Assembly (NCBI GenBank): GCA_903886255.1
Contig: CAISLM010000014.1
Coordinates: forward strand, 13,562-77,561
Direction: 5' to 3'
DNA: 64,000 bases
From: Candidatus Collierbacteria bacterium
GTDB taxonomy: Bacteria > Patescibacteriota > Microgenomatia > UBA1400 > MFAQ01
How positions within the stretch are numbered: position 1 is the first letter of the stretch; each line of letters begins with the position of its first letter. The notes below the pieces were generated by a model. That model had not been told where the DNA came from, did no database searches, and worked only from the letters and a program-made list of their open reading frames with translations. The position numbers were made by a program, and so were the translations under genes. This document shows positions 47,171-57,356 of the stretch, piece by piece.

Positions 47171-49447
47171 ATGCCAAATATACCTGCCCTGGTATTACCA
47201 TTCAGTAAAATTCGCAAAGAAGATATACCTTTAGTCGGAGGAAAAGGCGCCAATCTGGGCGAAATGGTTAGTTTTGGCATCCCCGTACCCAATGGTTTCG
47301 TAATTACTGCTCAAGCCTACGAAAAAGTTATTGAGCACAATGGTCTTCAGCCTGTTATAAGAGAAATAATTCGCCAAACGGAAGTCACCAACGAAAAAGA
47401 ACTTGAAAAGGCAGCTATTAAAATTCAAAGATTAATACACACTGCTGATATACCTGACGAACTTGTTAAGGAAATATTTTTTAATTACACCCATCTAAAG
47501 CCTGGAGATAGTAGTCCCTTGGTAGCAGTTCGATCGTCGGCTACGGCCGAGGATCTACCCGACGCTTCGTTCGCCGGACAGCAAGAATCATATCTGGATA
47601 TAAAGGGAGAATCAAACCTTATTCAAGCCATTCGTAGTGCTTGGGGATCGTTATGGGGAGGTAGGGCAATTTTTTACCGAGCCACTAAAGGTTATGATCA
47701 TTTTAAAGTTCTTCTTGCCATTCCGGTTCAGCTCATGGTTCAATCCGATGTGTCCGGAGTTATGTTTTCTGTAAATCCTGTCACCAGAAATAAAAATCAG
47801 GTTGTAATTGAAGCTGTTTGGGGGCTTGGCGATTTCATGGTTCAGGGAGTTGTCAATCCTGATCACTACATAGTAAACAAAAAGGATTTAACGATCCATT
47901 CACGTCAACATGTTTCTCAATCAGTCATGGAGATTCGAGAATATCCCAGTGGCGTCAAGAAGGTAAAAGTTCCGGAAAGAATGATTAACGCTCCAAAATT
48001 AACGGACGAACAGGTAATTGAGTTGGCAAAGCTGTCAATCAAGATTCATCAACATTATTTCTTTCCCCAGGATGGTGAGTTCGCTATAGAAAATGGAAAA
48101 ATATTCTTGGTGCAAACCAGGCCAATCACCACTCTTGATATGGAAAAAGGAACCAAGCGAATTTCCGAAAGTCAAATTGCCAATTTAAAACAAATAATTC
48201 AAGGAGAACCTGCATCTTTTGGAATTGGCTTCGGAAAAGTAGTCAAAATAAAATCGGCCAAAGAAATCGATAAAGTTAAGGCTGGAGACGTGTTAGTTAC
48301 AGAAATGACTGCCCCGGATTTCGTTCCGGCCATGAAAAGAGCCAGCGCCATCGTTACCGACAAGGGTGGTCAAACATCACATGCAGCCATCGTCTCTCGT
48401 GAACTTGGTATTCCCGCTGTTGTTGGTACAAAAGTTGCCACAAAAACGCTTAAAGAAGACCAGCTCATTACTGTTAATGGTTCAACCGGTGCAGTTTTTA
48501 ACGGCGTTCCCGAAAAGGGCAAGGCGATTGCTGTAAAAGAATTTAAAGAGGAAGAATTTCCTCAAACAGCAACAAAGGTATATGTTAATTTGGGCGAACC
48601 GGCACTTGCGCCTATCGTTGCCCAGGGTAACGCCGATGGTGTTGGTCTACTTCGCGCTGAGTTTATGATTGCCGAAATTGGCACGCATCCCAAAAAAATG
48701 ATCCGTGATGGAAAAAGCCAAATTTTTATCGACAAGCTTGCCGAAAATCTCATGAAATTTACATATAGTTTTGGAGATAGACCGGTTGTTTACAGAGCCA
48801 CAGACTTCAAGTCTAATGAGTACAAAAACTTAATCGGTGGTCAAAATTATGAACCGAATGAGCCCAATCCGATGTTAGGTTTCAGAGGTTGTTATAGATA
48901 CATAAAAGATGAATCTGTTTTTAATCTAGAGCTCGAAGCAATTAAACAAGTTAGAAATAAATATGGATTCAAAAATCTTCACTTAATGATTCCTTTCGTC
49001 AGAACAGTTGACGAACTAATTAAAGTTAAAAGAATTATTTCGGCGTCCGGTCTTTCCAGATCAAACACTTTCAAGCTTTGGATGATGGTAGAAATTCCGT
49101 CAAACGTAATCCTTCTCGAAGACTTTATCAATGCCGGAATTGATGGTGTCTCTATCGGTTCAAATGATTTAACTATGCTCATCTTGGGGACTGATCGCGA
49201 TAATGAGACAGTTGCTTCAGAGTTTGATGAAAGAAACCCTGCTGTTTTGTGGGCACTCGAACATGTGGTCAAAACAGCGGCCAAACACAATGTCACATGT
49301 TCGCTTTGTGGACAAGCAGCGAGTTTATACCCTGACCTTGTCGATAAATTAGTCTCATGGGGAATAACTTCCGTATCGGTTAGTCCGGATGCTGTAGACA
49401 ACACCAGGAGAGTAATTTCACTCATCGAGAAAAGGCTACTCAAATAA
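47171..49447 (+). CDS. ppsA: Phosphoenolpyruvate synthase
   Basis: GGKGANLGE, RSSATAEDLPDASFAGQ, GGQTSHAAI, SIGSNDL. Confidence 0.95.
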   Translation: MPNIPALVLPFSKIRKEDIPLVGGKGANLGEMVSFGIPVPNGFVITAQAYEKVIEHNGLQPVIREIIRQTEVTNEKELEKAAIKIQRLIHTADIPDELVKEIFFNYTHLKPGDSSPLVAVRSSATAEDLPDASFAGQQESYLDIKGESNLIQAIRSAWGSLWGGRAIFYRATKGYDHFKVLLAIPVQLMVQSDVSGVMFSVNPVTRNKNQVVIEAVWGLGDFMVQGVVNPDHYIVNKKDLTIHSRQHVSQSVMEIREYPSGVKKVKVPERMINAPKLTDEQVIELAKLSIKIHQHYFFPQDGEFAIENGKIFLVQTRPITTLDMEKGTKRISESQIANLKQIIQGEPASFGIGFGKVVKIKSAKEIDKVKAGDVLVTEMTAPDFVPAMKRASAIVTDKGGQTSHAAIVSRELGIPAVVGTKVATKTLKEDQLITVNGSTGAVFNGVPEKGKAIAVKEFKEEEFPQTATKVYVNLGEPALAPIVAQGNADGVGLLRAEFMIAEIGTHPKKMIRDGKSQIFIDKLAENLMKFTYSFGDRPVVYRATDFKSNEYKNLIGGQNYEPNEPNPMLGFRGCYRYIKDESVFNLELEAIKQVRNKYGFKNLHLMIPFVRTVDELIKVKRIISASGLSRSNTFKLWMMVEIPSNVILLEDFINAGIDGVSIGSNDLTMLILGTDRDNETVASEFDERNPAVLWALEHVVKTAAKHNVTCSLCGQAASLYPDLVDKLVSWGITSVSVSPDAVDNTRRVISLIEKRLLK

Positions 49448-49448
49448 C

Positions 49449-50717
49449 ATGGCAAAAATAAAATCGGTTTATTCTAGAGAAATTCTAGATTCGAGAGGAA
49501 ATCCAACTGTTGAAACGACAATCTGGACCGACAACAATCACGGAGCCGTTTCTTCTGTCCCCAGTGGCGCTTCCACCGGTAGATTGGAAGCAATGGAGCT
49601 AAGAGATGGTGACCCTCAAAGATTTGAAGGAATGGGAGTGCTTAAAGCCGTTGCTAATGTAAACCAGATAATAAGTAAATACGTCATTGGCCAAGATCCC
49701 AGCAAACAAAACAATATTGATCAAATACTACTTAATCTGGATGGCACGGAAAATAAATCAAGGCTGGGTGCCAATGCCATACTTTCGGTTTCGCAAGCAT
49801 GTTTTGAGCTAGGGGCCGCCTGTGAAGAAATGCCCACGTTCCAATATACCGTCGAAAAATATGGATTTGCCAAGCCAACTGCACTACATTTACCAACTCC
49901 AATATTCAATCTTATCAATGGTGGAAAACATGGTGCAGGGAATTTAGACTTCCAAGAGTTCCATGTAATACCCAGCAGTCAAAAAAAATTTTCCGAAGCA
50001 CTGGAAATGGGTAGCGAGCTTTATCATAATCTCAAAAATATTTTGGTTGAAAAAAAAGCGATTCATTCCGTCGGAGATGAAGGGGGTTTTGCTCCAAATC
50101 TTTTTAGCAACACAGATGCGATTGAACTTCTTGTAGAAACTATTGATTCTAGTCCTTATAAGCTCAACAAAGATGTTTTCCTAGGGCTGGATGTTGCAGC
50201 TTCAACTTTATACAAAAACGGAAAATATAAAATAAGCGATGTTAAGGAAAACATGTCAGGGGAACAGCTGCGTGATTTTTTAATTGACTTAAATAAGAAA
50301 TACAGTTTACTGTCGATTGAGGATCCCTTTGATCAGGAGGCTTGGAAAGACTGGGCAGAGTTAACTCAAAATATAGGAAAACAAGTCATGATTGTGGGAG
50401 ACGACCTACTTGTAACAAACCGCAAACGTCTTGAAGAAGCAATACAAAAAAATGCATGCAATGCAATTTTAATTAAACCCAATCAAATTGGAACCATATC
50501 CGAAACAGCCTCGGTGATCAAGCTTGCCAAGAAAAACAACTTTTCGATTGTCGTTTCTCACCGTTCCGGTGATACCGATGAAGATTTTCTGGCTGATTTT
50601 GCAGTCGGAGTAGGGGCAGATTTTGTGAAATTTGGTGCACCGGGAAGAGGCGAGAGAGTAGCAAAATACAATCGTCTATCCTTCATTCAAGAATATCTCA
50701 CAAGTTTAAATGGATAA
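49449..50717 (+). CDS. eno: Enolase
   Basis: ILDSRGNPTVE, PSGASTG, GDEGGFAP, KPNQIGT, SHRSG. Confidence 0.97.
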   Translation: MAKIKSVYSREILDSRGNPTVETTIWTDNNHGAVSSVPSGASTGRLEAMELRDGDPQRFEGMGVLKAVANVNQIISKYVIGQDPSKQNNIDQILLNLDGTENKSRLGANAILSVSQACFELGAACEEMPTFQYTVEKYGFAKPTALHLPTPIFNLINGGKHGAGNLDFQEFHVIPSSQKKFSEALEMGSELYHNLKNILVEKKAIHSVGDEGGFAPNLFSNTDAIELLVETIDSSPYKLNKDVFLGLDVAASTLYKNGKYKISDVKENMSGEQLRDFLIDLNKKYSLLSIEDPFDQEAWKDWAELTQNIGKQVMIVGDDLLVTNRKRLEEAIQKNACNAILIKPNQIGTISETASVIKLAKKNNFSIVVSHRSGDTDEDFLADFAVGVGADFVKFGAPGRGERVAKYNRLSFIQEYLTSLNG

Positions 50718-52239
50718 GAAATCCGTAATTCTTTGTATTTTGGATGGTTGGGGAATCGCTCCAAGTAGCCCAGGAAATCCTATTACTCTAGCAAACCCAA
50801 AAGTTTATAGGCATTTGCTCAACAGCTATCCCTCAACAAAGTTGCTCGCCTCTGGGGCCGCTGTAGGGTTACCAGAAGGGCAGGATGGTGATAGCGAAAC
50901 CGGTCACTTAAACATTGGAGCCGGAAGAATCGTCTTTCAAGATTTATCTCTGATCAACATGGCAATCGCCGATGGGAGTTTTTTCACCAACAGAGCTCTT
51001 CTTGATACAGCAAAGCACATTAATTCATTTCAATCAAGCCTTCATCTCATCGGACTAATCGGAAGTTCTGGTGTCCATGCATACAATGAGCATTTATATG
51101 CATTGTTGATTTTTGCAAAAAAACATAATATTTCCAATGTCTATCTGCATTTAATAACTGATGGAAGGGATAGTCCTCCCGACAATGGTATAGAACAGTT
51201 AAGAACTGTACAGGAAAAAATAAATAAAATCGGAGTAGGCAAAATCGTTTCGATTTCCGGTCGGTATTATGCTATGGATAGAGACCAAAGATTGGATCGA
51301 ACCAAACGAGAATTTGACTGTCTAACAAAAGAAAATCAAAATTCAGTTTCAAATCCGGAAATTTATCTTCAAAAATCATATGCCAATCAAATATTTGATG
51401 AGTTTATTGAACCATCACCAATAGGAGATAACGTAAACGTCTCAAGAATAAAGTCTGGGGACGCAGTTATATTTTATAACTTTAGGACTGATCGCCCAAG
51501 ACAGCTAACTGAGATGTTTTTAAACTCAGGAATTCCCAACCTTCGATTTGTTACTATGACAAAATATCGTAAAGATTTCCAAAATCCGGTAATGTTTGCA
51601 ACCACCGATATAAAAAATACCTTAGGTGAAATCATTTCAAAAAACAACTTTAATCAGCTTAGGGCCGCAGAAACAGAAAAAATTGCCATGGTTAGTTATT
51701 ATTTCAACGGCCTAAACGAAAACATCTTTCCCGGAGAAACACATTTATATGTTGATTCACAAAAGGTTGCCACTTACGATCTCACTCCCCGTATGTCAAC
51801 CGATAAACTAATTGATGAATTTTGCCGAAAAGTCAAAGACGATAACCTAACTTTATCGGTAGTGAATATCGCCTGTCCGGACATGGTTGCCCATACCGGC
51901 AAGATTGATAAAACCATTGAGGCGATATTTGCTGCAGACGATGCTATGGGGAATCTAGTTAATCTTGCCAAAGAGACAAATTCATATTTAATTATTACAG
52001 CCGATCACGGGAATGCCGAAGAATTGCTGGACATAAAAACCGGAGCGGTTAACACTCAACACTCAACTAATCCTGTACCATTGATCATTTATCATCAAAC
52101 AGATACAAAGTTTCAGCTTCAGCCAGGTAAACTAGGGGACATTGCTCCAACTATATTAAATTTACTCGAACTTCCAATTCCATACGAAATGAACGGAAAA
52201 GACTTAATTGTTCGAGATGTTGAGACTAAGCTCCAATAG
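50710..52239 (+). CDS. gpmI: 2,3-BPG-independent phosphoglycerate mutase
   Basis: ILDGWG, GDSETGH, GRYYAMDRD, DMVAHTG, TADHGNAE. Confidence 0.95.
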   Translation: MDKKSVILCILDGWGIAPSSPGNPITLANPKVYRHLLNSYPSTKLLASGAAVGLPEGQDGDSETGHLNIGAGRIVFQDLSLINMAIADGSFFTNRALLDTAKHINSFQSSLHLIGLIGSSGVHAYNEHLYALLIFAKKHNISNVYLHLITDGRDSPPDNGIEQLRTVQEKINKIGVGKIVSISGRYYAMDRDQRLDRTKREFDCLTKENQNSVSNPEIYLQKSYANQIFDEFIEPSPIGDNVNVSRIKSGDAVIFYNFRTDRPRQLTEMFLNSGIPNLRFVTMTKYRKDFQNPVMFATTDIKNTLGEIISKNNFNQLRAAETEKIAMVSYYFNGLNENIFPGETHLYVDSQKVATYDLTPRMSTDKLIDEFCRKVKDDNLTLSVVNIACPDMVAHTGKIDKTIEAIFAADDAMGNLVNLAKETNSYLIITADHGNAEELLDIKTGAVNTQHSTNPVPLIIYHQTDTKFQLQPGKLGDIAPTILNLLELPIPYEMNGKDLIVRDVETKLQ

Positions 52240-52930
52240 AAATAAGTAAAACCAGCTCCCCCTTGATCCTTTTTTCTTTAACCATTGTAAGTAACTGACC
52301 GAGATTGCCACGGAGCACTTTTTGAGAAACCTTGGTCAAATCTATTGCTAAACAAGACTGGGCTTCTTCTCCAAATATTGAAATTGCTTCCGGAAGAATT
52401 TTTTGTATTCTCATGGGGGATTCGTAAATTACGGCAGTCATTTTGCTGTGTTCTCCCATTTCCTTGAGAGTTGTTAGTGTCGAAGTTCTCTTACCTATCT
52501 TTTTTGGCAAAAATCCCACAAATATATATCTGTCAGTGGGTAAGCCGGAAACAGCTAGAGCAGCACTTTCTGCAGTGGGGCCGGGAACAACATCGATCTC
52601 CCATCCCATTTCGATAGCCTTATTGACGAGCTTAAACCCAGGGTCAGAAATAAGTGGCATGCCGGCATCCGATACTAATACTACAGACTCAAGAGAACAA
52701 ATCTCGGCAAATATTCGAGGCAATATCCGCGCTTCGTTAAAGTCGTTAACAAATCGAATTGTTCCACTGAATTTTTGTGCGTGGCCAAGCTGTATCAGCT
52801 TAGTCCACAAATTATTAAACATTCGACTGTCCTCACAAATCAAATACTTAGCCTCCTGTAGAGTTTTCAAAGCTCTTAAAGAAATATCATCGATATTGCC
52901 GATGGGTAGACCAACTATTGTTAGTTTCAT
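52226..52930 (-). CDS. rsmI: 16S rRNA C1402 2'-O-methyltransferase
   Basis: PIGNIDDISLRA, CEDSR, VSDAGMPLISDPG, YESP. Confidence 0.92.
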   Translation of the reverse strand: MKLTIVGLPIGNIDDISLRALKTLQEAKYLICEDSRMFNNLWTKLIQLGHAQKFSGTIRFVNDFNEARILPRIFAEICSLESVVLVSDAGMPLISDPGFKLVNKAIEMGWEIDVVPGPTAESAALAVSGLPTDRYIFVGFLPKKIGKRTSTLTTLKEMGEHSKMTAVIYESPMRIQKILPEAISIFGEEAQSCLAIDLTKVSQKVLRGNLGQLLTMVKEKRIKGELVLLISIGA

Positions 52931-52933
52931 TAA

Positions 52934-53551
52934 TTAAAACTTACGAATAACACCAACGCACTTTCCCTGTACTTTAACATTAATTGCAAAAATAGGGGAC
53001 ATGGATGAGTTCGCAGGCTCAAGACGGACTCTGGTTCTTTCGCGGAAGAACCTTTTCAAGGTTGCCAATCCGTTTTCCAGTAGCGCTACAACAATATCTC
53101 CATCTTTAACACCGGTAGCATCACACTCTTCAATAATTACATAATCATGGTCGAAAATGCCTTCTTCAATCATGGAATCGCCCTTAACCTGTAGCACAAA
53201 TGCCCGCTTTTTTCCCGAAACCATTGACGACGCGACTTTCATAGATGCGTTTGGATCAGTTAAGGGTTCGATTGGCCTTCCGGCAGCTATAAACCCAAGA
53301 ATTGGAAGCTCGATTGAATTCGTCTCCACATTACCATGATCAACTAGAGAAATTCCTCTAATTGCTCCTTCAAATTTTTTAATTATATTTTTCTTTTCCA
53401 AAGCCTGAAGATGTTCGTGCACTGTGGCCAAAGAGGAAACGCCTATAGCTCCGGCAATTTCTGAAAGAGTTGGGGAATAACCATTTTTTTGAATAAACTG
53501 AGAAATAAACTCAACAATTTGTCTTTGTCTTCTGTAAAGTGTTACCGTCAT
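52934..53551 (-). CDS. lexA: SOS repressor LexA
   Basis: GYSPTLSEI winged helix, IAAG cleavage site, GDSM and ATLKR catalytic dyad. Start moved to ATG 53551. Confidence 0.95.
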   Translation of the reverse strand: MTVTLYRRQRQIVEFISQFIQKNGYSPTLSEIAGAIGVSSLATVHEHLQALEKKNIIKKFEGAIRGISLVDHGNVETNSIELPILGFIAAGRPIEPLTDPNASMKVASSMVSGKKRAFVLQVKGDSMIEEGIFDHDYVIIEECDATGVKDGDIVVALLENGLATLKRFFRERTRVRLEPANSSMSPIFAINVKVQGKCVGVIRKF

Positions 53552-53562
53552 ATTTTCATTAT

Positions 53563-53603
53563 TACCAAATATTACCCAAATGTCAACAAACAATACCCAA
53601 AAC
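53563..53603. promoter_or_regulatory. Two candidate LexA direct-repeat boxes flanking the lexA -35 (TTGACA, 53581-53586, minus strand)
   Basis: TACCAAATATTACCCAAATG and CAACAAACAATACCCAAAAC; a similar site lies upstream of uvrA. Confidence 0.6.
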
Positions 53604-53713
53604 TTGCTAGCCCATTAGCCATATTCTATAATGCAGCTCTTATCTAAAAATTGAAATGTTTTGATGAATAGATAAAATTTGTTCCTTGACAAGTTTTGGA
53701 ATAGGAGGCTATT

Positions 53714-54310
53714 ACGAAGAAGCTTACATTCACGACTCTACTTATTATATTTTTTCTCTCAGCCTGTTCCCCTACATCTTCCCAGATCCAACTTGCGATA
53801 GCTCAAACACAAACAGCGGCGCCATACCCAACACAGACACAGTTGCCAACACCTACTGCATATCCTACTCTAACGCAGTATCCAACCAACACCACAGTTC
53901 CTGCAACAGCTACGCCTAAATCCGGGAAGCTTGCTTGGGCAGAGTTAATAGATTTTATCCTTAATGACCATACCAATTGGAATACCTATAGTGATATATA
54001 TAATTGTGTTAATTTTTCAATAGATTTGGTTTCAGGTGCGAGACAAAAGGGAATTCAGGCCTGGATTGTTTCAGTAAGTTTTGTAGGAAAAACAATAGGT
54101 CACAGTTTTGTAGCCTTTCCGACAAAAGATCGAGACGAAATATGGATTGAACCACAAAGTGATGAGGCCTATACAATTTCTCAAGTAGGACAACCTTTGT
54201 GTCTTGCTAATAATCCTAATCTTTGTTGGGACCAGGGGATTATTTCTCAAATCATCGAACCGGCAGAATGTGATCCTGTGACACATGAGTGTTGGCAAGG
54301 AAATCAATAG
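53714..54310 (+). CDS. Pro/Thr-rich lipoprotein with Cys-His-Glu peptidase-like domain; apparent ACG start
   Basis: AGGAGG-5nt-ACG, then KKLTF...LSAC lipobox in frame with ORF 53843-54310. CVNFS, GHSF and IEPQSD motifs. Confidence 0.65.
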   Translation, partial: TKKLTFTTLLIIFFLSACSPTSSQIQLAIAQTQTAAPYPTQTQLPTPTAYPTLTQYPTNTTVPATATPKSGKLAWAELIDFILNDHTNWNTYSDIYNCVNFSIDLVSGARQKGIQAWIVSVSFVGKTIGHSFVAFPTKDRDEIWIEPQSDEAYTISQVGQPLCLANNPNLCWDQGIISQIIEPAECDPVTHECWQGNQ

Positions 54311-54392
54311 ACATGAAGTGATATACTACGTATACGTTTTTTACAAAGAAAAACGTGAACGTTTACACCACCCAATTCCTTAAGGAGGAGAA

Positions 54393-54947
54393 ATGAAGAT
54401 TCGTCTTTTGTCTGTGGTTTTGGTAATTGCTTTTGCCATGTCGGCTTGTGGAGTTTTCCCCCCTGCGGCAACTCCCACCCCCCAGCCGACCTATACCCCC
54501 CAGCCGACCTATACCCCTCAACCTACCTATACCCTTCAGCCGACTTTCACCCCGATTCCCACCAACACCCCAGTTCCTGCTCGGCCCGGCATCGACACAC
54601 CAATTACGGTCATGGGTGTTGACTTCACTGTTACCGATGTAAAAGTCTTAACTTCATATTTCTATCCAATTGAGGGAAAACCTTATTCACCGAATTCAAC
54701 CTCCGACAGGTTTTATTCGGTCGAGATGAACTTCGCCGGTGATATTGATCCTATATTTAATCTTCCGGACGGAGCGTTTTATTTCACTGACAGTCAGGAA
54801 ACGAGCAAATATTATAGTGGGTTTTGGTATTCAAAACGCAGTTTAAGCCTGTTTGCACTGACCTTTGTCTGCCCGGCAAATTTGAGTCAACTTTTGGTCG
54901 TGTTTCCAGACGGACAAAAGATTGACGTTAGTTCATTCCTTAAGTAA
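54393..54947 (+). CDS. Pro/Thr-rich lipoprotein
   Basis: AAGGAGG SD, MSAC lipobox, (PQPTYT)n linker. Confidence 0.75.
   Translation: MKIRLLSVVLVIAFAMSACGVFPPAATPTPQPTYTPQPTYTPQPTYTLQPTFTPIPTNTPVPARPGIDTPITVMGVDFTVTDVKVLTSYFYPIEGKPYSPNSTSDRFYSVEMNFAGDIDPIFNLPDGAFYFTDSQETSKYYSGFWYSKRSLSLFALTFVCPANLSQLLVVFPDGQKIDVSSFLK
54480..54569 (+). repeat. 18-bp coding tandem repeat, five units (PQPTYT-like)
   Basis: CCCCAGCCGACCTATACC twice exactly, plus three degenerate units. Confidence 0.85.
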
Positions 54948-54964
54948 TAAACATTTACACCACG

Positions 54965-54988
54965 CCCCGGCTTCATGCCGGGGTTTTT
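54965..54988 (+). terminator. Intrinsic terminator
   Basis: CCCCGGC-ttcat-GCCGGGG-TTTTT. Confidence 0.8.
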
Positions 54989-55014
54989 ATTTGTAAATCG
55001 GTTAAAATATAGAC

Positions 55015-57063
55015 GTGGAGTTCAAAATAAAGTCCGATTATCAGCCGATGGGAGATCAACCTCAAGCAATTGAGAAGCTTTCTGCTGCAATTTCTAAAGG
55101 AAATCCACACCAAACTCTTCTCGGTGTTACCGGATCAGGAAAAACATTCACTGTTGCCAAAGTCATCGAAAAGACACAGCTTCCCACACTAATCATTTCT
55201 CACAACAAAACTCTAGCCAGCCAACTCTATCAAGAATTCCGTGATTATTTCCCGGATAACGCCGTTAGTTACTTTGTTAGTTACTACGATTACTATCAGC
55301 CGGAAGCTTATCTACCTCAAACAGACACATATATTGAAAAAGAGGCTGACATTAACCCCGAAATTGATAAACTTCGTCTCACTACTACTGCCAATCTTCT
55401 TTCTCGTCCCGACAGTATTGTTATCGCCTCAGTCTCGTGTATTTACAACATCGGTTCTCCCGTAGATCAAGAAAAAAACATTCTTACTCTTGCTCGAGGC
55501 CAAATAATTGCCCGTGATACTGTATTGATGAGACTCGGTGATCTTCAGTACACCAGGACAAACGCCGAACTTTCTAGAGGCATGTTTAGAGCCGTCGGTG
55601 GAAACGTTCAGCTTTACCCCTCATACAAAGATATCGTCATTTCTATGGTCTTCGAAGGTACTGTCCTCAAAACAATAGATATCCTTGACCCATACAATTT
55701 TACTAAAATTGAAGATCCGGATTTGGAAAACACAGGTTGGATCACGATAAACCCTGCCAAATTGTTCATTACCGATCCAAAAACTCAAGGTCAGGCCATT
55801 GACAACATTCGCGTCGATCTCCAAAAACAAATTGAAAAATTCAAAAGTGAAGGCAAAACCATCGAAGCATATAGATTGGAACAAAAAGTTAACTATGACT
55901 TGTCTATGCTCGAAGAGGTTGGCTATGTTAATGGTATCGAAAATTACTCACGCTATTTTGACGGCCGCAACCCCGGAGATCCGCCGTATTCTTTAATGGA
56001 ATATTTCCATTACAACGTTAAAAAATTCCATAAATCGAATTTCCTAACTGTAATTGATGAGTCACATATTAGTCTTCCTCAAATAAGGGGAATGTACAAT
56101 GGCGACCAGGCCAGAAAAGAAAATCTAATTAATTATGGTTTTCGTTTACCCAGTGCCAAAGACAATCGGCCTCTAACCTTCACAGAATTTCTTTCACGCA
56201 CGCCACAAAAATTATATTGTTCGGCAACACCTTCAGAATATGAACTTTCTTTATCCAGATCAAGCGCCATCCCCACAATTGCCGAGCAATTAATCCGCCC
56301 CACAGGACTTCTCGATCCTGAAGTTTTCGTTCGCCCCGTTGAAGGTCAAATCGAAGACATAAGCAGAGAAATACTTGAAAGAAAAGCCAAAGGAGAAAGA
56401 ACATTAGTCCTCACTATGACCAAAAAAATGGCCGAGGATTTATCGGAGCATCTAAAAGATAAATACAAAATATTGGTAGAGTATCTCCACTCAGACATAA
56501 AAACACTTGACCGGGCCGATATTCTTGAAAAACTTCGTTTGGGAAATTTTGATTGTTTAGTAGGTATTAATCTTCTTCGTGAGGGGCTTGATCTACCTGA
56601 AGTTTCATTGGTTGCCATTCTGGATGCCGACAAAGAAGGTTTCCTGCGTACACCTACAGCTCTTATTCAAACAATGGGAAGGGCGGCTCGACACATCAAT
56701 GGTCAAGTAATTCTTTACGCGAACAAAATCTCCGCCTCCATGGACATTGCCATGAAAGAAACCGCCAGAAGAAGAATTACTCAAGCTGAATACAATCTCA
56801 AAAACGGAATAACACCTGTCGGTATCATTAAACCAATTCGGGAAGCTCTTATGCACAGAGAGGCATCAGCTCCCGCTCCCAGAATAAAAGAACTCGCTGA
56901 GTTTGGTTGGACGGAAATAGAAGATGTAAACCCACAATCTCTTACACCACAAAAAAAGAAGGCTCTTGTGACCAAACTAAAAAAAATGATGACAATTGCT
57001 GCTAACTCCTGGAACTTCGAATTGGCCGCTCGATATCGTGATACTATCAAAAGACTCCAATAA
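55015..57063 (+). CDS. uvrB: Excinuclease ABC subunit B
   Basis: GVTGSGKT, YFVSYYDYYQPEAY, DESH, QTMGRAAR and C-terminal UVR motif. Confidence 0.97.
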   Translation: MEFKIKSDYQPMGDQPQAIEKLSAAISKGNPHQTLLGVTGSGKTFTVAKVIEKTQLPTLIISHNKTLASQLYQEFRDYFPDNAVSYFVSYYDYYQPEAYLPQTDTYIEKEADINPEIDKLRLTTTANLLSRPDSIVIASVSCIYNIGSPVDQEKNILTLARGQIIARDTVLMRLGDLQYTRTNAELSRGMFRAVGGNVQLYPSYKDIVISMVFEGTVLKTIDILDPYNFTKIEDPDLENTGWITINPAKLFITDPKTQGQAIDNIRVDLQKQIEKFKSEGKTIEAYRLEQKVNYDLSMLEEVGYVNGIENYSRYFDGRNPGDPPYSLMEYFHYNVKKFHKSNFLTVIDESHISLPQIRGMYNGDQARKENLINYGFRLPSAKDNRPLTFTEFLSRTPQKLYCSATPSEYELSLSRSSAIPTIAEQLIRPTGLLDPEVFVRPVEGQIEDISREILERKAKGERTLVLTMTKKMAEDLSEHLKDKYKILVEYLHSDIKTLDRADILEKLRLGNFDCLVGINLLREGLDLPEVSLVAILDADKEGFLRTPTALIQTMGRAARHINGQVILYANKISASMDIAMKETARRRITQAEYNLKNGITPVGIIKPIREALMHREASAPAPRIKELAEFGWTEIEDVNPQSLTPQKKKALVTKLKKMMTIAANSWNFELAARYRDTIKRLQ

Positions 57064-57089
57064 AAAGCGGAGTTCTCTTGAACTCCGCT
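57062..57089. terminator. Terminator between convergent uvrB and the small ORF
   Basis: AAAA-AGCGGAGTTC-tctt-GAACTCCGCT, 10-bp stem. Confidence 0.75.
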
Positions 57090-57100
57090 ATTCAATTTCT

Positions 57101-57229
57101 TTAATCGTTCTTTTTTACACGCCCCGCAGACAATGCTTCGTCCAACTCTTTCTGGGTCACATTCGTGGCTGGCACAACGCCGTCACAATCCAAACAAGCA
57201 ACTCCATCAATAATCCAAAGGTTCCTCAA
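57101..57229 (-). CDS. 42-aa CxxC small protein
   Basis: TTG start at 57229 with GGAGG SD; promoter TTGACA-17-TATACT at 57292-57264. Confidence 0.55.
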   Translation of the reverse strand: MRNLWIIDGVACLDCDGVVPATNVTQKELDEALSAGRVKKND

Positions 57230-57356
57230 TTTAGCCTCCAAACACAAGAATTTGATACCCTGGAGTATATTACAAAGAGATATATTTGTCAAGAAACAAG
57301 GCTAATCTAAAAATAGCGGCTGGACAAAGTCAGAGATCAGTTTAGAATAAATAGAT

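Noticed and set aside
22710-49447. Co-presence of ppdK and ppsA as unusual
   Set aside because: Both commonly coexist in anaerobes.
53686-53919. 77-aa ORF suggesting a frameshifted gene
   Set aside because: The lipoprotein signal is in the same frame as 53843-54310, so no frameshift is needed.
57158-57167. Third CACATTCGTG copy
   Set aside because: It is a 10-mer inside a small ORF with no shared flanking context; compatible with chance.
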